Source: Candidatus Multivorans sp. (GTDB lineage: Bacteria > Acidobacteriota > Thermoanaerobaculia > Multivoradales > Multivoraceae). Taken from it: 64,000 nucleotides of DNA. The notes under the pieces are model-generated. The model was not told where the DNA came from and ran no database searches. It saw only the letters and a program-made list of their open reading frames with translations. Of this stretch, positions 12,210 to 22,566 are shown piece by piece. Where the stretch lies: contig OZ245033.1 in the NCBI GenBank assembly GCA_965224025.1, positions 3,584,001 to 3,648,000 on the forward strand, given 5' to 3'. Made by a program: the position numbers and the translations under genes. Each line of letters opens with the position of its first letter. Positions within the stretch are counted from its first letter, which is position 1.

Positions 12210-12320
12210 CGCGGCACCCGCCCGACGCGGGCACAGTTCGGGCAGTCGTTCCAAGGTCTCTCTTGCGGAGTCCGCAGCAGGCGTTGGCGTTCCACAACGC
12301 CGTGGCGGTACCGCGAAGCG

Positions 12321-12533
12321 TCACGGGATCAGGCGGAGCAGAGCAACGACCGCGCCAACTATGACCCCGGCCTGAATGAGCAGTGCACGGTAGAGGTCGG
12401 CGCGCGTGACCAAGTCGCCGACCACATCTCGGGCAGCATCGTCAATCGCTCGCGCATGGGCGGTCGCTTGACGTTCCGGGACGCCGGCCTCCCGCAGCGT
12501 CTCGGCAGTGCGCAGCGTGTCGGTAGCGGTCAT
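12321..12533 (-). CDS. small DUF1640/CCDC90-like protein
   Basis: DTLRTAETLREAGVPERQA..LVTRADL..hydrophobic C-tail; paralog of 2183-2404. Confidence 0.7.
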   Translation of the reverse strand: MTATDTLRTAETLREAGVPERQATAHARAIDDAARDVVGDLVTRADLYRALLIQAGVIVGAVVALLRLIP

Positions 12534-12605
12534 GAGTAGCTCAGGTCCGTGTCCTGTCCGGTAAACGTGGTGCGGTCTCTCCGCGCCAGTGATTCCGCGA
12601 GGCTA

Positions 12606-13241
12606 TCAGGGGCGATTTCGCCCTCGCAACGACGGATGGCCGTAACGGACCCGTCCGCCAGTACCCTCTACGGGCTCGACGGCATCGAGCCTTGCGACCA
12701 GGGCGGCTACGTGGGGGTCCTCGACACCAAAGGCGTTGAGCGCCGCGTGCAGGTCGCGCACGTAGTCGGCGTTGGCGCCGCTCGGGCCTGTTGCTTCGCC
12801 GACTTGGGACGCGATCTCGGCGATTGGGGCCGGACCGGCGTAGTTCCGGTTGCCGGGCCAGCCCTGGTAGGTGAGGCCCGCAGCCGTTTGCGGCGACGCC
12901 GCTGAGGGGTCCGGCGCTCGCTCGGTAGACTCGTCCAGTTCAAAGTCGATCTTCATACGGACGTAGCCGCCGCGTTCTCGTATGTCCAGATCGGCGAGGA
13001 TGACGTCGGCGTCACCTTCGTCGAGACGATAGGCCATACCCCAGCAGGTGTCGTCCGGCGCCGGCGCCAGTGTCGCGACCCGGCCAGGCTGCCACGGTTC
13101 TCCGCGGTGGTCCGTCGACCACTGCCAGAAACGCCGCGCCCAACCCCGCAAGCGCGCGCGCCGGCGTTCGACGAAGGGAATGTCCGGCCGGAAGATCAGC
13201 GAGCCATAGCCGAATATCCACAGCGGACGCGGTCCATTCAC
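12606..13241 (-). CDS. chaC: glutathione-specific gamma-glutamylcyclotransferase
   Basis: WIFGYGSL, RRFWQ.S.DHRG...PGRVATL, LD.RE.GY, GPSG.N.DY; GTG13241 with TACAAT 8 nt upstream. Confidence 0.88.
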   Translation of the reverse strand: MNGPRPLWIFGYGSLIFRPDIPFVERRRARLRGWARRFWQWSTDHRGEPWQPGRVATLAPAPDDTCWGMAYRLDEGDADVILADLDIRERGGYVRMKIDFELDESTERAPDPSAASPQTAAGLTYQGWPGNRNYAGPAPIAEIASQVGEATGPSGANADYVRDLHAALNAFGVEDPHVAALVARLDAVEPVEGTGGRVRYGHPSLRGRNRP

Positions 13242-13320
13242 GGCGGGCGATTGTAGCCGGCAATTCACGGCGAACCACCGTGATAACTTGCGCGGCCCGC
13301 TGCGATCCTCCGCCGCCGCC

Positions 13321-14274
13321 ATGCGCCATCTCTTCGTCATCGATCCGATCGAGCGTCTGGATCCCGAGAAGGACACCACGATCGCATTCCTGCGCGAGGC
13401 GGACAGCCGCGGCCACGACCTCGCAGTGTGCACCATCGACACACTGGAGCTCGGGCCGGACGGCCGACCTCAGGCGGAAGCCATTCCCACCCGGACCGTC
13501 GACCCAGGCCCGGGCGGCCCCTGGTACGAGGTCGGGACCGGCCGGACCGCCTTCCTCGACGAGTACGACGTGGTATGGATGCGCGAGGATCCGCCCTTCG
13601 ACCTGGCGTTCTTCTACGTCACCCACCTGCTGTCCATGGTGGCGAAGAGCACTCTGGTCGTGAACGACCCGCTGGCGCTCAGGGACGCGAACGAGAAGCT
13701 GTTCGCGCTCCGCTTCCCCGCCGTGTGCCCGCCGGCGCGGGTGAGCAGGCGCATCCCGGAGTTGCTCGCATTCCAGGAGGAGATGGGCGGCGAGATGATC
13801 GTCAAGCCGCTCGACGGCGCCGGCGGCGAGGGCATCTTCCACTTGAAGGCGGGCGACCGGAACACCAGCGCCATCCTCGAGGCGGCCACCGCCCACGAGA
13901 GCCGCTACCTGATGGCTCAGCGCTACCTGCCTGAGATCCGACAGGGCGACAAGAGGGTGATCCTGGTCGAAGGCGAGGCCCTCGGCGCCGTGCTGCGAGT
14001 GCCGGCCGAGGGCGAATCGCGGGCGAACTTCCATGTCGGCGGCCAAGCGGCGGCCACGGAGGTCGACGACCGCGACCGCGAGATCGCCGCCGCGATCGGC
14101 CCGGAGCTGGTCCGGCTCGGGATCGTCTTCGCCGGCATCGACGTGATCGGCGGCTGGCTGACCGAGGTCAACGTGACCAGCCCCACCGGTCTGCGCGAGA
14201 TCGCAGACCTCGGCGGGCCGCGCCTCGAGGTCGACGTGCTCGACGCGGTCGAGCGCCGGCGAAGAGCGGACTGA
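13321..14274 (+). CDS. gshB: glutathione synthetase
   Basis: DP....KDTT, MR.DPPFD, VVNDP..LRDANEKL, KPLDG.GG, GDKR, GIDVIG..LTEVNVTSPTG. Confidence 0.95.
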   Translation: MRHLFVIDPIERLDPEKDTTIAFLREADSRGHDLAVCTIDTLELGPDGRPQAEAIPTRTVDPGPGGPWYEVGTGRTAFLDEYDVVWMREDPPFDLAFFYVTHLLSMVAKSTLVVNDPLALRDANEKLFALRFPAVCPPARVSRRIPELLAFQEEMGGEMIVKPLDGAGGEGIFHLKAGDRNTSAILEAATAHESRYLMAQRYLPEIRQGDKRVILVEGEALGAVLRVPAEGESRANFHVGGQAAATEVDDRDREIAAAIGPELVRLGIVFAGIDVIGGWLTEVNVTSPTGLREIADLGGPRLEVDVLDAVERRRRAD

Positions 14275-14285
14275 GCGTTGCCCGC

Positions 14286-14328
14286 CCGCGGCGGATGCGC
14301 GCCGGAAGGCCCCTGCATTCCGCCGCGG
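14286..14328. terminator. GC-rich hairpin between convergent gshB and gor
   Basis: CCGCGGCGGA (14286-14295) pairs with TCCGCCGCGG (14319-14328); no U-tract, so termination is inferred from position only. Confidence 0.45.
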
Positions 14329-14329
14329 A

Positions 14330-15718
14330 TCACCGGAGCGTCACGAACTCTTCGGCGGAGGTCGGATGGATCGCCATCGCCGCGTCGAAGTCGCTCTTCG
14401 TCGCGCCCATCTTCACCGCCACGGCGAGGCCCTGGATGATCTCCGGCGCGTCGGCGCCGAGCATGTGGGCGCCGAGGACTCGGTCGCTGCTGCGTTCGAC
14501 GATCAGCTTGACCAGGGTGCGCTCCTGGTTCTCGGTCAACGTCAGCTTGAGCGGCCGGAAGCGGCTGCGGTAGACGTCGACCTCGCCGTACCGTTCCCTC
14601 GCCTCCGCCTCGGTCAGACCGACCGCGGCCAGCGGCGGTTGGCTGAAGACGGCGGTGGCGACGGTCTCGTGGTCCACCGGTGTCGGGGCGCCGCCGAACA
14701 GCGTTCGAGCCAGACACATTCCCTCGTGGATCGCGACCGGGGTCAGGTTCAGACGGTCCGTCACGTCGCCGATCGCCCAGATGTTCGGGACGTTCGAACG
14801 CGAGAGCTCATCGACCCGCACCGCGCCGTTCTCACGCAGGGCGACGCCGCAGTCCTCGAGCCCCAGCCCCAGAACCTCGGGACTGCGGCCGGTCGCGAAG
14901 AGCGCCTCGCCGCACCGCAGCTCGCCGCCGCCCGTGAGCCGAAGCAGGAGACGGTCGCCGCCGGCCGACCCGCCGACTCCGTTGCCGGACGGCCCCGGCC
15001 CGGTCCACTCGATCGCCTCGACCTCGCAGCCGAACCGCAGGTCGATGCCGCGCGACCGCATCTCGTCGGCGAGATGGCGGCGAATCTCCTCGTCGAAGCC
15101 GCGCAGGAAGAGCTCGCCGCGGTAGATCAGGGTGACCTGGCAGCCGAGCCCGGCCAGGATGCCGGCGAACTCGACGCCGATGTAGCCGCCCCCGACCACC
15201 GCGAAGCGCTCCGGCAGACGCTTCAGGTGAAAGGCCTCGTTCGAGGTGATGGCGTACTCGATGCCGGGGATCAGCGGCCGGTGAGGCCAGCTACCCGTCG
15301 CCACCAGGATGTGCTTCGCGGTGACGTACTGCCACATTCGGTTGCCAAGATCGATCTCCACTCGATGCCGCCCGACCAGTCGCGCCCTGCCCTCGAAGAG
15401 TTCCACACCGGCGTCTTCGAGCAGGCCGCGGTAGATCCCGTTCAGGCGCTGGATCTCCCGGTCCTTGTTGGCGACGAGCCCCGCCCAGTCGAAGGCGGGA
15501 GGTCCCGCGGTCCATCCGAATCCAGGAGCTTCGCGGTAGTGGTCGGCAAATGCCGACGCACAGACGAAAAGCTTCTTCGGCACGCAGCCGACGTTGACGC
15601 AGGTGCCGCCCAGGTGGCGCGCCTCGGCGATTGCCGCCCGCGCGCCGTAGCCGGCAGCCATCCGGGCGGCGCGTACGCCGCCGGAACCGGCGCCGATCAC
15701 GAAGAGGTCGTAGTCCAC
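14330..15718 (-). CDS. gor: glutathione-disulfide reductase
   Basis: GAGSGGVRAAR, GGTCVNVGCVPKK redox disulfide, GGGYIGVE, LTPVAI.EG, HPTSAEEFVT. Confidence 0.95.
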   Translation of the reverse strand: MDYDLFVIGAGSGGVRAARMAAGYGARAAIAEARHLGGTCVNVGCVPKKLFVCASAFADHYREAPGFGWTAGPPAFDWAGLVANKDREIQRLNGIYRGLLEDAGVELFEGRARLVGRHRVEIDLGNRMWQYVTAKHILVATGSWPHRPLIPGIEYAITSNEAFHLKRLPERFAVVGGGYIGVEFAGILAGLGCQVTLIYRGELFLRGFDEEIRRHLADEMRSRGIDLRFGCEVEAIEWTGPGPSGNGVGGSAGGDRLLLRLTGGGELRCGEALFATGRSPEVLGLGLEDCGVALRENGAVRVDELSRSNVPNIWAIGDVTDRLNLTPVAIHEGMCLARTLFGGAPTPVDHETVATAVFSQPPLAAVGLTEAEARERYGEVDVYRSRFRPLKLTLTENQERTLVKLIVERSSDRVLGAHMLGADAPEIIQGLAVAVKMGATKSDFDAAMAIHPTSAEEFVTLR

Positions 15719-15755
15719 CGTGACCCGGAAGGAGTAGCGGGGAACTCCGGCGGCG

Positions 15756-15962
15756 CTAGCCGGGCAACCAGGCGGACAGCCGGAACAGAACCGCCAGCAG
15801 GCCGCCGCCGCCTAGCAGCCGCCACAGCAACCGAGACTCGACCCCGGCCACATCAGCACGCAACCGCTCAATGTCCGCGCGCAGCGTCTCGCGCAGCACG
15901 TCCAAGTCGGCGCGCGTTACCGGCGCCGCGTCTGGCGGCAGGGGTGAATCAGCCATTGCCAT
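15756..15962 (-). CDS. small DUF1640-like protein (short form)
   Basis: VTRADL..coiled coil..ESRLLWRLLGGGGLLAVLFRL; extended -10 TGt-TACCGT 7 nt upstream of ATG15962. Confidence 0.6.
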   Translation of the reverse strand: MAMADSPLPPDAAPVTRADLDVLRETLRADIERLRADVAGVESRLLWRLLGGGGLLAVLFRLSAWLPG

Positions 15963-16020
15963 GCACGGCACGGTAACACATGCTTCGATTCAAGAAATGC
16001 GGCCACTAGACTCGGATCCT

Positions 16021-17037
16021 ATGGCGACCGAACGCGTCCGGACCGACCGGCCGCTCCCCCTCTCCTGGGCAACCCGAGCCGTCGCCGGCGGCACCCTGAT
16101 GGGACTGGCGAACCTGGTGCCGGGGATCAGCGGCGGCACGATGCTGCTCGCGGTCGGCATTTATCCCCGCTTCATCGAGGCGGTGGCGGACACGACCCGG
16201 CTGCGGTTCCGGCGCCAGCCGCTCCTGCTCCTGATCGTGGTGGCGGCATTCGGCGGGCTGGCCATCCTGCTGCTCGCCGGCACGCTGCGCGATCTAGTGG
16301 TTAACCAGCACTGGATTGTGTACAGCGCCTTCATCGGCCTGACCCTGGGCGGCGTGCCCCTGGTGTGGCGCCTCGCCCAACCGGCCGGACGCGCCGTGTG
16401 GGGCGGTGCAGCGGGCGGCTTCGCTGCCATGACGGCGCTCGCCCTCCTCCAGAGTGCACCCGCAACAGGCGGGGCCGCGGCCAGCGGGCCGCTCCTCCTC
16501 GCCGTTGCCGGCGCCGCCGCCGCCGCCGCCATGATCCTGCCCGGCCTGAGCGGTGCCTACCTGCTGCTGGTCCTCGGTCAGTACGTGCCGATCCTCGGCG
16601 CGGTCGCCCATCTGCTCGTCGGGCTCAGCAGCCGCGATGCGGGGGCCCTGGTCGATGCGGCAGGTGTCCTGCTGCCGGTTCTCCTCGGCATCGCCGCCGG
16701 CGCCACGGTGATCAGCAACGCGGTGCGGCTCGCCATGCGCCGCTTCCGGCAGGCCACCCTGGGTGTGCTCCTGGGGTTTCTTCTGGGCGCCGTGGTCGGC
16801 CTCTGGCCGTTCCAGGCGCCGGTTCCGCCTGAGATCGGCGATCTGCTGGCTGGCCAGCCGGTCACTGCCGAGACCTTGGCGACCCTGCAGCCGGCGGACT
16901 ACCCGTTCGAGACCTTTGCGCCGACCGCGATCCAGGTCGGCTCGGCCCTGGTTCTCGTTGTCGGCGGCTTTCTCCTCGCCTGGGTCGTCAGCCGATTGGG
17001 CTCGGCGTCCACCGACCAGCGCGAAACGCATCCCTAG
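16021..17037 (+). CDS. DUF368 family membrane protein
   Basis: MGLANLVPGISGGT, AMILPGLSGAYLLLVLGQY, many TM segments; TAGACT 8 nt upstream. Confidence 0.9.
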   Translation: MATERVRTDRPLPLSWATRAVAGGTLMGLANLVPGISGGTMLLAVGIYPRFIEAVADTTRLRFRRQPLLLLIVVAAFGGLAILLLAGTLRDLVVNQHWIVYSAFIGLTLGGVPLVWRLAQPAGRAVWGGAAGGFAAMTALALLQSAPATGGAAASGPLLLAVAGAAAAAAMILPGLSGAYLLLVLGQYVPILGAVAHLLVGLSSRDAGALVDAAGVLLPVLLGIAAGATVISNAVRLAMRRFRQATLGVLLGFLLGAVVGLWPFQAPVPPEIGDLLAGQPVTAETLATLQPADYPFETFAPTAIQVGSALVLVVGGFLLAWVVSRLGSASTDQRETHP

Positions 17038-17105
17038 GAACTCGCGGTGGCACGGCTGCGCTACAGTCCCGCCGCCCAGACAGTTCAACCTGGAGTTCCT
17101 CGAAG

Positions 17106-18437
17106 ATGAGCACCCGACGCAAGCCCATGCTTTCAGCAACCGCCCTTTTCTCCCTGGGCCTCGTCCTGCTGCTTACCCCAATCGGGGTCTCAGCGGCGGA
17201 CGGCCGCACCGTCATCCATGCCGGTTCCCTGGTCGACGTAGAAGCCGGCGAGGTCCTTGGCCAGCACTCCATCCTGGTCGAGGGCGAGACGATCACCGCG
17301 GTCGAGGAGGGCTTCGTCGACCCGGAAGAGGGCGACACCCTGATCGACCTCTCCGGTCACACCGTCCTGCCCGGTCTGATGGACATGCACGTCCATCTGA
17401 CCTCGCAGCAGGCGGGCGCCGCCTCCTACCTCGAACGCTTCCAGCAAAGCCCGGCGGACGCGACCGTCAAGGCCCTGATCTACGCCGAGAGGACGTTGCT
17501 CGCCGGCTTCACGACGGTCCGCGACCTGGGGGGCGAAACGACGGCGATCCTCGCGGTGAGGAACGCGATCAACCGGGGCGAGATGCCCGGTCCCCGAATC
17601 TTCGCCGCCACGGCCTCGCTCGCCACCACCGGCGGCCACGGGGACCGGACGAACGGCATGCGGCCCGATCTTCAAGGCGACCCCGGGCCCAAGCAGGGCA
17701 TCGTCAACGGGATCGAGGACGCCCGCAAGGCGGTTCGGCAGCGCTACAAGGAGGGCGCCGACCTGATCAAGATCACCGCCACCGGCGGCGTGCTGAGCCT
17801 GGCCAAGAGCGGCCAGAACCCTCAGTTCACCGAGGAGGAGATTCGCGCGATCGTCGACACCGCAAAGGACTACGGCTTCATGGTCGCCGCCCACGCCCAC
17901 GGCGCCGAAGGCATGAAGCGGGCGATCCGAGCCGGCGTGGCGACGATCGAGCACGGCACGTACATGGACGAAGAGGCCTTCGAGCTGATGAAGGAGCACG
18001 GGACCCACTTCGTGCCGACGATCTCGGCCGGCAACTTCGTGGCCGAAAAGGCGGCGGTTCCGGGTTACTTCCCGGAGATCATCCGGCCCAAGGCGGCGGC
18101 GATCGGCCCGGTGATCCAGGACACCTTCGCCAAGGCCCACCGCGCCGGCGTGCCGATCGCCTTCGGCACCGACTGCGGAGTCTGTCCGCACGGCAGCAAC
18201 GGCCAGGAGTTCCTGTTCATGGTCGAGGGCGGCATGGCGCCGATGACCGCGATCCAGTCGGCGACCACGGTCACCGCGAAGCTGCTCGGCATCTGGAACG
18301 AAACCGGCTCGATCACCGCCGGCAAGGCAGCCGATCTGATCGCGGTCGAGGGCGACCCGATCGCCGACGTCACGCAGCTCCAGGATATCCGCTTCGTGAT
18401 GCGGGCGGGCCGGGTCCACAAGTCGCCGGCCGACTGA
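17106..18437 (+). CDS. secreted amidohydrolase family protein (Xaa-Pro dipeptidase/carboxypeptidase-like)
   Basis: Signal peptide; PGLMDMHVH, GFTTVRDLG, IK..TGGV, AHAHG, IEHG, FGTD. Confidence 0.9.
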   Translation: MSTRRKPMLSATALFSLGLVLLLTPIGVSAADGRTVIHAGSLVDVEAGEVLGQHSILVEGETITAVEEGFVDPEEGDTLIDLSGHTVLPGLMDMHVHLTSQQAGAASYLERFQQSPADATVKALIYAERTLLAGFTTVRDLGGETTAILAVRNAINRGEMPGPRIFAATASLATTGGHGDRTNGMRPDLQGDPGPKQGIVNGIEDARKAVRQRYKEGADLIKITATGGVLSLAKSGQNPQFTEEEIRAIVDTAKDYGFMVAAHAHGAEGMKRAIRAGVATIEHGTYMDEEAFELMKEHGTHFVPTISAGNFVAEKAAVPGYFPEIIRPKAAAIGPVIQDTFAKAHRAGVPIAFGTDCGVCPHGSNGQEFLFMVEGGMAPMTAIQSATTVTAKLLGIWNETGSITAGKAADLIAVEGDPIADVTQLQDIRFVMRAGRVHKSPAD

Positions 18438-18450
18438 AAGCCGGCGGTCC

Positions 18451-19203
18451 GTGACGCTCCAACTCCAGGTTCTCGGCTGCGGCGACGCCTTCAGCAGCGG
18501 TGGGCGGCTTCATACCTGCTTCCTGCTCCGGGGCGAGGCTGGTGACGGCCAACTGCCGCCCACCCTGCTCGACTGCGGCGCGACCTCGCTGACGGCGATG
18601 AAGGGCCGGGGGATCGAGCCGGCATCGGTCCGTACGACCCTCATCACCCACCTGCACGGCGACCACTTCGGCGGACTGCCCTTCCTGCTGTCGGATGCCC
18701 ACTACCGCGCTCACCGCACCGAGCCCCTGACCCTGGCCGGTCCCCCGGGTCTCGCGAAGCGACTCGCCCAGGCGCAGGAGGCCTTCTACCCGTCGTCTAC
18801 GAAGCGCGACCTCGCCTTCGAACTGGAGATCGTCGAACTCCACGAACGCCGGCCGGCCGACATTGGCGGCCTTCGGGTGACGCCGTTCGAGGTCGTCCAC
18901 CCGTCCGGCGCGCCCAGCTACGCCCTGCGAATCGAGTACGGCGGCCGCGTGCTGGCCTTCTCAGGCGACACCGAGTGGACGCAGGCCCTGGTCGATGCCG
19001 CCTCCGGCGCCGACCTGTTCATCTGCGAGTGCAACTCCTACGACCGGCCGATCCCGAACCACCTGAACTACCGCGATCTGCTCGCACGGAGGCACCTCTT
19101 CGACTTCCGGCGGATGCTGCTCACCCATCTCGGAGACGACATGGTGGACCGCCGCGGCCTCGAGATCGGAGCCCTGGTCGAGGGCCGGACCTACGACGTT
19201 TGA
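18451..19203 (+). CDS. MBL-fold metallo-hydrolase (RNase Z/BN-like)
   Basis: LGCGDAFSSGGR, LDCG, THLHGDH, SGDT, LTH. Confidence 0.85.
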   Translation: MTLQLQVLGCGDAFSSGGRLHTCFLLRGEAGDGQLPPTLLDCGATSLTAMKGRGIEPASVRTTLITHLHGDHFGGLPFLLSDAHYRAHRTEPLTLAGPPGLAKRLAQAQEAFYPSSTKRDLAFELEIVELHERRPADIGGLRVTPFEVVHPSGAPSYALRIEYGGRVLAFSGDTEWTQALVDAASGADLFICECNSYDRPIPNHLNYRDLLARRHLFDFRRMLLTHLGDDMVDRRGLEIGALVEGRTYDV

Positions 19204-19278
19204 CCGGGGCCAAGTAGCTGAGCCACGGCTCAACCTTCGCTGTTACACTCCGCGTCCGAAACCGACCCAGGAGCAGAA

Positions 19279-20391
19279 ATGAACTTCGATTTCTCGGATG
19301 CCCAAAAGGCATTGAAGCAGCAGACACGCGGCTTCCTCCGCGCCGCCTGCGACACGACCGTGCCGCGGCGCGTGCTGGAGAACGCGGACGAGCCCTTCGC
19401 CCGCGATCTCTGGCAGCAGATCTGCGCCAACGAGTCGCCCGGGATTGCGATCCCCGAGGAATACGGCGGCATCGGCTTCGGCTACCTCGAGCTCTGCGTC
19501 GTCGCCGAGGAACTCGGCCGGGCCATCGCGCCCGTGCCCTTCTCCTCCTCCGTCTACCTGGCCACCGAGGCGGTGCTGCTGGCTGGTTCGGAGGACCAGA
19601 AGCAGGCCCTTCTGCCGAAGCTCGCGGCCGGCGGGGCGATCGGCACCTTCGCTCTCTCCGAAGGACCCGGCCAAGCCACGGAAGCGAACCTGCAGGCCAC
19701 GCTCAAGGACGGCCGTCTTTCAGGCACCAAGATGCCGGTACCCGACGGCGATGTGGCGGACCTCTGCGTTGTCGTCGCCAGGGACGGTGGCGGCACGTCG
19801 CTGGCCGTCGTCGATCTCACCGGCGACGGCGTGTCGCGCGAACCGGTGGACACGCTCGATCCCTCACGCTCCAACGCCCGGATCACCTTCGACGGCGCCG
19901 AGGCCGAGCTTCTCGGCGAGTCCGGCCGGGGCTGGGCTCTCAAGGACCGCGTCTTCGACCGCGCCGCGGTGCTCTTCGCCATGGAGCAGCTCGGCGGCGC
20001 CGACGCCTGCCTCGAGATGGCGATCGGCTACGCCAAGGGACGCTACGCCTTCGGCCGGCCGATCGGCTCGTTCCAGGCGATCAAGCACAAGCTTGCCGAC
20101 ATGTACATCAAGAACGAACTGGCACGGGCCAACTGCTACTACGGCGCCTGGGCTCTTTCGACCGACGCCCCCGAACTGCCGGTGGCGGCGGCGGCGGCGC
20201 GAGTGGCGGCGATCCAGGCCTTCCATTTCGCCTCGAAGGAGAACATCCAGACCCACGGCGGCATCGGCTTCACCTGGGAGTCGGACTGCCATCTCTACTA
20301 TCGCCGCGCCAAGCTGCTGGCGCTCGGCATCGGCAGCGAGCGAGTATGGAAGGACCGGTTGATCTCGAGTCTGGAAGAGGAGGCCGCCTGA
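19279..20391 (+). CDS. acyl-CoA dehydrogenase, subunit of a probable two-gene (PimC/PimD- or FadE-type) pair
   Basis: PEEYGG.G, R.AFGRPIGSFQAIKHKLADM, IQTHGGIGFTWE; SD AGGAG. Confidence 0.9.
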   Translation: MNFDFSDAQKALKQQTRGFLRAACDTTVPRRVLENADEPFARDLWQQICANESPGIAIPEEYGGIGFGYLELCVVAEELGRAIAPVPFSSSVYLATEAVLLAGSEDQKQALLPKLAAGGAIGTFALSEGPGQATEANLQATLKDGRLSGTKMPVPDGDVADLCVVVARDGGGTSLAVVDLTGDGVSREPVDTLDPSRSNARITFDGAEAELLGESGRGWALKDRVFDRAAVLFAMEQLGGADACLEMAIGYAKGRYAFGRPIGSFQAIKHKLADMYIKNELARANCYYGAWALSTDAPELPVAAAAARVAAIQAFHFASKENIQTHGGIGFTWESDCHLYYRRAKLLALGIGSERVWKDRLISSLEEEAA

Positions 20392-21617
20392 TGGACTTCA
20401 ACGACACCCCGGAACAGGCCGCATACCGCAGCGAGGTTCGCGCCTGGCTCAGCGCCAACGCGGCGCCGCGCAAGGACCGCCCCAGCGTCAGCCGCAGGCT
20501 GGACGCCGAGGAAGGGCTCATCCTCGCCAAGAACTGGCAGAACAAAAAGGCCGAGGCCGGGTACGCCTGCCGCCACTGGCCGACCGAGCACGGCGGACAG
20601 AGCCGGCCCATGATCGAGACGATCATTTACGACCAGGAGGAGGCCCGGTTCGACGTGCCGACCGGCTTCTTCGGCATCGGGCTCGGCATGTGCGGCCCGA
20701 TCATGGCGAAGTACGCCACCGAGGAGCAGCAGGCGCGCTACATCCCGCCCATGATCCGCGGCCAGGAGGTCTGGTGCCAGTTGTTCTCCGAGCCGGCGGC
20801 CGGCTCCGACGTCGCCGGACTGCGGACCCGCTGCCACCGCGACGGCGACGACTGGGTGGTCAACGGCCAGAAGGTCTGGACGTCCGGCGCTCACTACTCC
20901 GACTACGGCATCCTGGTGGCCCGCCACGACTCGTCCCTGCCCAAGCACAAGGGCCTGACGTTCTTCTTCATCGACATGAAGTCGCCCGGAATCGACGTCA
21001 AGCCGATCAAGCAGATCAACGGCGGCTCCAACTTCAACGAGGTCTTCTTCACCAACGTCCGCGTGCCGGACGCCCAGCGTCTCGGCGCAATCGGCGAGGG
21101 CTGGCAGGTCGCGATCGCGACCCTGATGAACGAACGCCTCGCCGTCGGCGACGCTCCGCCGCCCGACTTCCGCGAAGTGATGAAACTGGCCGCGAGTTGC
21201 CTCCTCGACGGTAGGCCGGCGCTCGATGACTCCGCCGTGCGCGAGAAGATCGCCGACTGGTACGTCGAATCGATGGGCATGGTGCACACCAAGGCACGCA
21301 CTCTGACCGCCCTGTCGCAGGGCCGGGTCCCCGGCCCTGAGAACTCGATCGGCAAACTCGTCTCCGCCTCAAAGCTGCAAGACGTGTCCTCCTTCGGGGC
21401 CGACCTGATGGACATGGGCGGCGTGATCACCGACCCCTCCCTGATGCCGGCCTCGGCCCTTTTCCAGCAGTCCTACCTCTACTCTCCCGGCCTCCGCATC
21501 GCCGGCGGCACCGACGAGATCCTGCGCAACATCATCGCCGAACGCGTCCTCGGCCTCCCCGGCGAGATCCGCGTCGACCGCGACGTCCCCTACAGCGACA
21601 TTCCGACGGGCACTTGA
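20391..21617 (+). CDS. acyl-CoA dehydrogenase, partner subunit
   Basis: WCQLFSEP.AGSD, NGQKVWTS, FNEVFF, GGTDEILRNIIAERVLGLP; ATG overlaps the upstream TGA. Confidence 0.92.
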   Translation: MDFNDTPEQAAYRSEVRAWLSANAAPRKDRPSVSRRLDAEEGLILAKNWQNKKAEAGYACRHWPTEHGGQSRPMIETIIYDQEEARFDVPTGFFGIGLGMCGPIMAKYATEEQQARYIPPMIRGQEVWCQLFSEPAAGSDVAGLRTRCHRDGDDWVVNGQKVWTSGAHYSDYGILVARHDSSLPKHKGLTFFFIDMKSPGIDVKPIKQINGGSNFNEVFFTNVRVPDAQRLGAIGEGWQVAIATLMNERLAVGDAPPPDFREVMKLAASCLLDGRPALDDSAVREKIADWYVESMGMVHTKARTLTALSQGRVPGPENSIGKLVSASKLQDVSSFGADLMDMGGVITDPSLMPASALFQQSYLYSPGLRIAGGTDEILRNIIAERVLGLPGEIRVDRDVPYSDIPTGT

Positions 21618-22509
21618 GGCACTGAGCTTCGCATCTAAGCAACCACGGGAACAAGCAGCAATGGACGAAAGAGAGTTCGCGTACGATGTGGGCCTGTCGT
21701 TCGCCGGTGAGCAGCGCGGTTACGTCGAGAGCGTCGCTGACGCACTCCGGTCGCGGGGAATCCGGGTCTTCCTTGACAAATACGAACGAGCGGCTCTGTG
21801 GGGTAAGAACCTGTATGAACACCTAAGCGATGTGTATCAGAACCGCTGCCGCTACTGCATCCTGTTTGTGTCGGCCGACTACGCCCGGAAGGTCTGGATG
21901 AATCATGAGCGGAAGAGCGCCCAAGCCCGCGCCATTTCAGAGAAGAGCGAGTACATCCTCCCGGCAAGGTTCGACGACACAGAGGTTGATGGTCTCCTCA
22001 AGACCGTTTCCTACGTAGACCTCAGGGAGACTACTGCTGAGGAGCTCGTCGAGATCACCCTTGCGAAGATCGGGACACCGGAGCGTCGTAACTACTTGCC
22101 CCCTGTGCCCGATAGGCTCTTCGAGCTCCTGGGAATCGAGGAGGACGCCCAGGCACAGGAAGCCGCGCACTCCCAAGCATCGTCTTTCTTGCGGGCCCTA
22201 CGGCGAATGACAGCCGACGAACGTAACGCTGTACTTTGCCTGTTTCGCTTCGGGTGCGACGTAGACTTGCCTGAGAATGTCCATATCAACGCTGATCTTC
22301 TCCGCCGACACACGGGCAGATCGATAGCTACCCTTGAGCGCTTGCTTGGTGACGTCCAATCTCTCGGATTCACCTGTTCCGTCAGAAAGGCCACGGATGG
22401 CGATCACTCCGTCCATGGGACGCTCTTGGGCGAGTCCTACATGTTCGATCTGACTTGGATAGATCTACAAGCTATTCACGACTATCCGGAGGGGGATTAT
22501 ATATTAGGC

Positions 22510-22538
22510 TTGACACGGGCGCTGATTTCCCGTAGTGT
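22510..22538 (+). promoter_or_regulatory. sigma70 promoter for the transposase
   Basis: TTGACA (22510-22515), 17-nt spacer, TAGTGT (22533-22538); the -35 box overlaps the left inverted repeat. Confidence 0.6.
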
Positions 22539-22566
22539 CTAGGGACACTGGACGGGAGATGAAACG

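Noticed and set aside
22492-22542. C-terminus GDYILGLTRALISRSV of the listed 293-aa TIR ORF
   Set aside because: Encoded by the IS left end, not by the original gene.
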